32,000 bases of DNA. It comes from Limisalsivibrio acetivorans (GTDB lineage: Bacteria > Chrysiogenota > Deferribacteres > Deferribacterales > Geovibrionaceae). This document shows, piece after piece, positions 31,456-32,000 of this stretch. The stretch spans positions 328,668-360,667 of the forward strand of contig NZ_ATWF01000001.1 in assembly GCF_000421105.1 (NCBI RefSeq). The letters run 5' to 3'. Position 1 is the first letter of the stretch, and every line of letters begins with the position of its first letter. The position numbers were made by a program, and so were the translations under genes. The notes below the pieces were generated by a model that saw only the letters and a list, made by a program, of their open reading frames with translations, ran no database searches and was not told where the DNA came from.

Positions 31456-32000
31456 GAGTTTTCATCCGCAGGGCGCAGCATAGCCGCCGACATAACGGTG
31501 CTGCGGAAGAGTGTTGTGCCTATTATACCAGTAAGGATGCTTACTGAGATTATCATACAGAATATCGCTATCTGAAACGATACGGCGTAAACAGGGCTTG
31601 CTCCAGCGAGCAGCATTCCCGTTGCCATGCCGGGTATGAAAACCACACCCGCCGTTGCCATATTATTAATAACCGGAATCATGCTCATCCGTATGGAGGC
31701 CTTCTCCACAGACTGGAGCGCCTGCTTCAGGTTTGCACCCAGAGCGATTTTACCTTCGATTATATCTATGCTCTTCTGAACCTCACCCTCGAGCCTGTCC
31801 ACCATAAGTGCATAGGTATTCATAGTTTTGCCGATGGCCATCCCTGCGACGGGTATCGCCTTCTCTATCTCAAAGGGGATGATACGCAGAAAGTACATGA
31901 GGGATAGTGTCAGTCCGGATGATATGAGTATGGTGAGAAAGGCGGTTTTGTAGCTCCCCAGCCTCTTGTTTGCCCTCTGCCTTGCGGCATGGGTAGCGAA
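31452..32000 (-). CDS. UPF0014 / FetB-like ABC-type permease; 5' end runs off the right window edge
   Basis: The frame stays open by hand translation from 32000 (FATHAARQRANKRLGSYKTAFLTILISSGLTLSL-MYFLR...). The family-like core is GMAIGKTMNTYAL...ALGANLKQA...IPVINNMATAGVVFIPGMATGMLLAG. Confidence 0.65.
   Translation of the reverse strand, partial: FATHAARQRANKRLGSYKTAFLTILISSGLTLSLMYFLRIIPFEIEKAIPVAGMAIGKTMNTYALMVDRLEGEVQKSIDIIEGKIALGANLKQALQSVEKASIRMSMIPVINNMATAGVVFIPGMATGMLLAGASPVYAVSFQIAIFCMIISVSILTGIIGTTLFRSTVMSAAMLRPADENS

Overview
This is a compact chromosomal segment from a Gram-negative anaerobe. That assignment rests on LptD, an ADP-heptose LPS pathway, and rubredoxin plus a flavodiiron protein; I cannot assign a taxon from sequence alone.

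About 30 protein genes can be called, nearly all housekeeping.
- Minus strand, 1-5492: a chain of overlapping or abutting genes: acyl-CoA ligase (cut by the window edge), maf, Gx-transporter, NusG-II protein, apbE, AmmeMemoRadiSam radical-SAM enzyme, ispB.
- Around 5652-7623: a methyltransferase-like orphan, a gamma-carbonic-anhydrase-like gene, and an XRE-cupin regulator.
- Minus strand, 8751-19842: exported orphan, fprA, rubredoxin, DHH/DHHA1 phosphoesterase, exported orphan, lptD, folC, accD, DnaQ-like exonuclease, rsmA, pdxA.
- Plus strand, 19997-31455: YdiJ-like FAD/Fe-S oxidase, two coupled TPR-like envelope orphans, hldE, hldD, GT9 heptosyltransferase, polyprenyl-P sugar transferase, miaB, bifunctional-nuclease-domain protein.
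- Minus strand, 31452-32000: a FetB-like permease, truncated by the window edge.

No rRNA, tRNA, CRISPR array, transposase or recognisable defence system was found.

The one region that gene annotation does not explain is a ~1.1-kb ORF-free island (7624-8750) between two convergent genes.
- Its left half holds a series of hairpins with covarying stems and a conserved loop. The loop reads A-N-G-G-A-U on the minus strand, which resembles a CsrA/RsmA binding site. On the plus strand it reads UCC or UCCC, which resembles an anti-Shine-Dalgarno loop.
- Its right half holds direct repeats, perfect palindromes and copies of a ~40-nt palindromic element.

I flag the island as a candidate undescribed structured or regulatory RNA locus. 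A REP/MITE-like repeat cluster remains a real alternative.

All calls come from reading the sequence and translations by eye. No database search was run.
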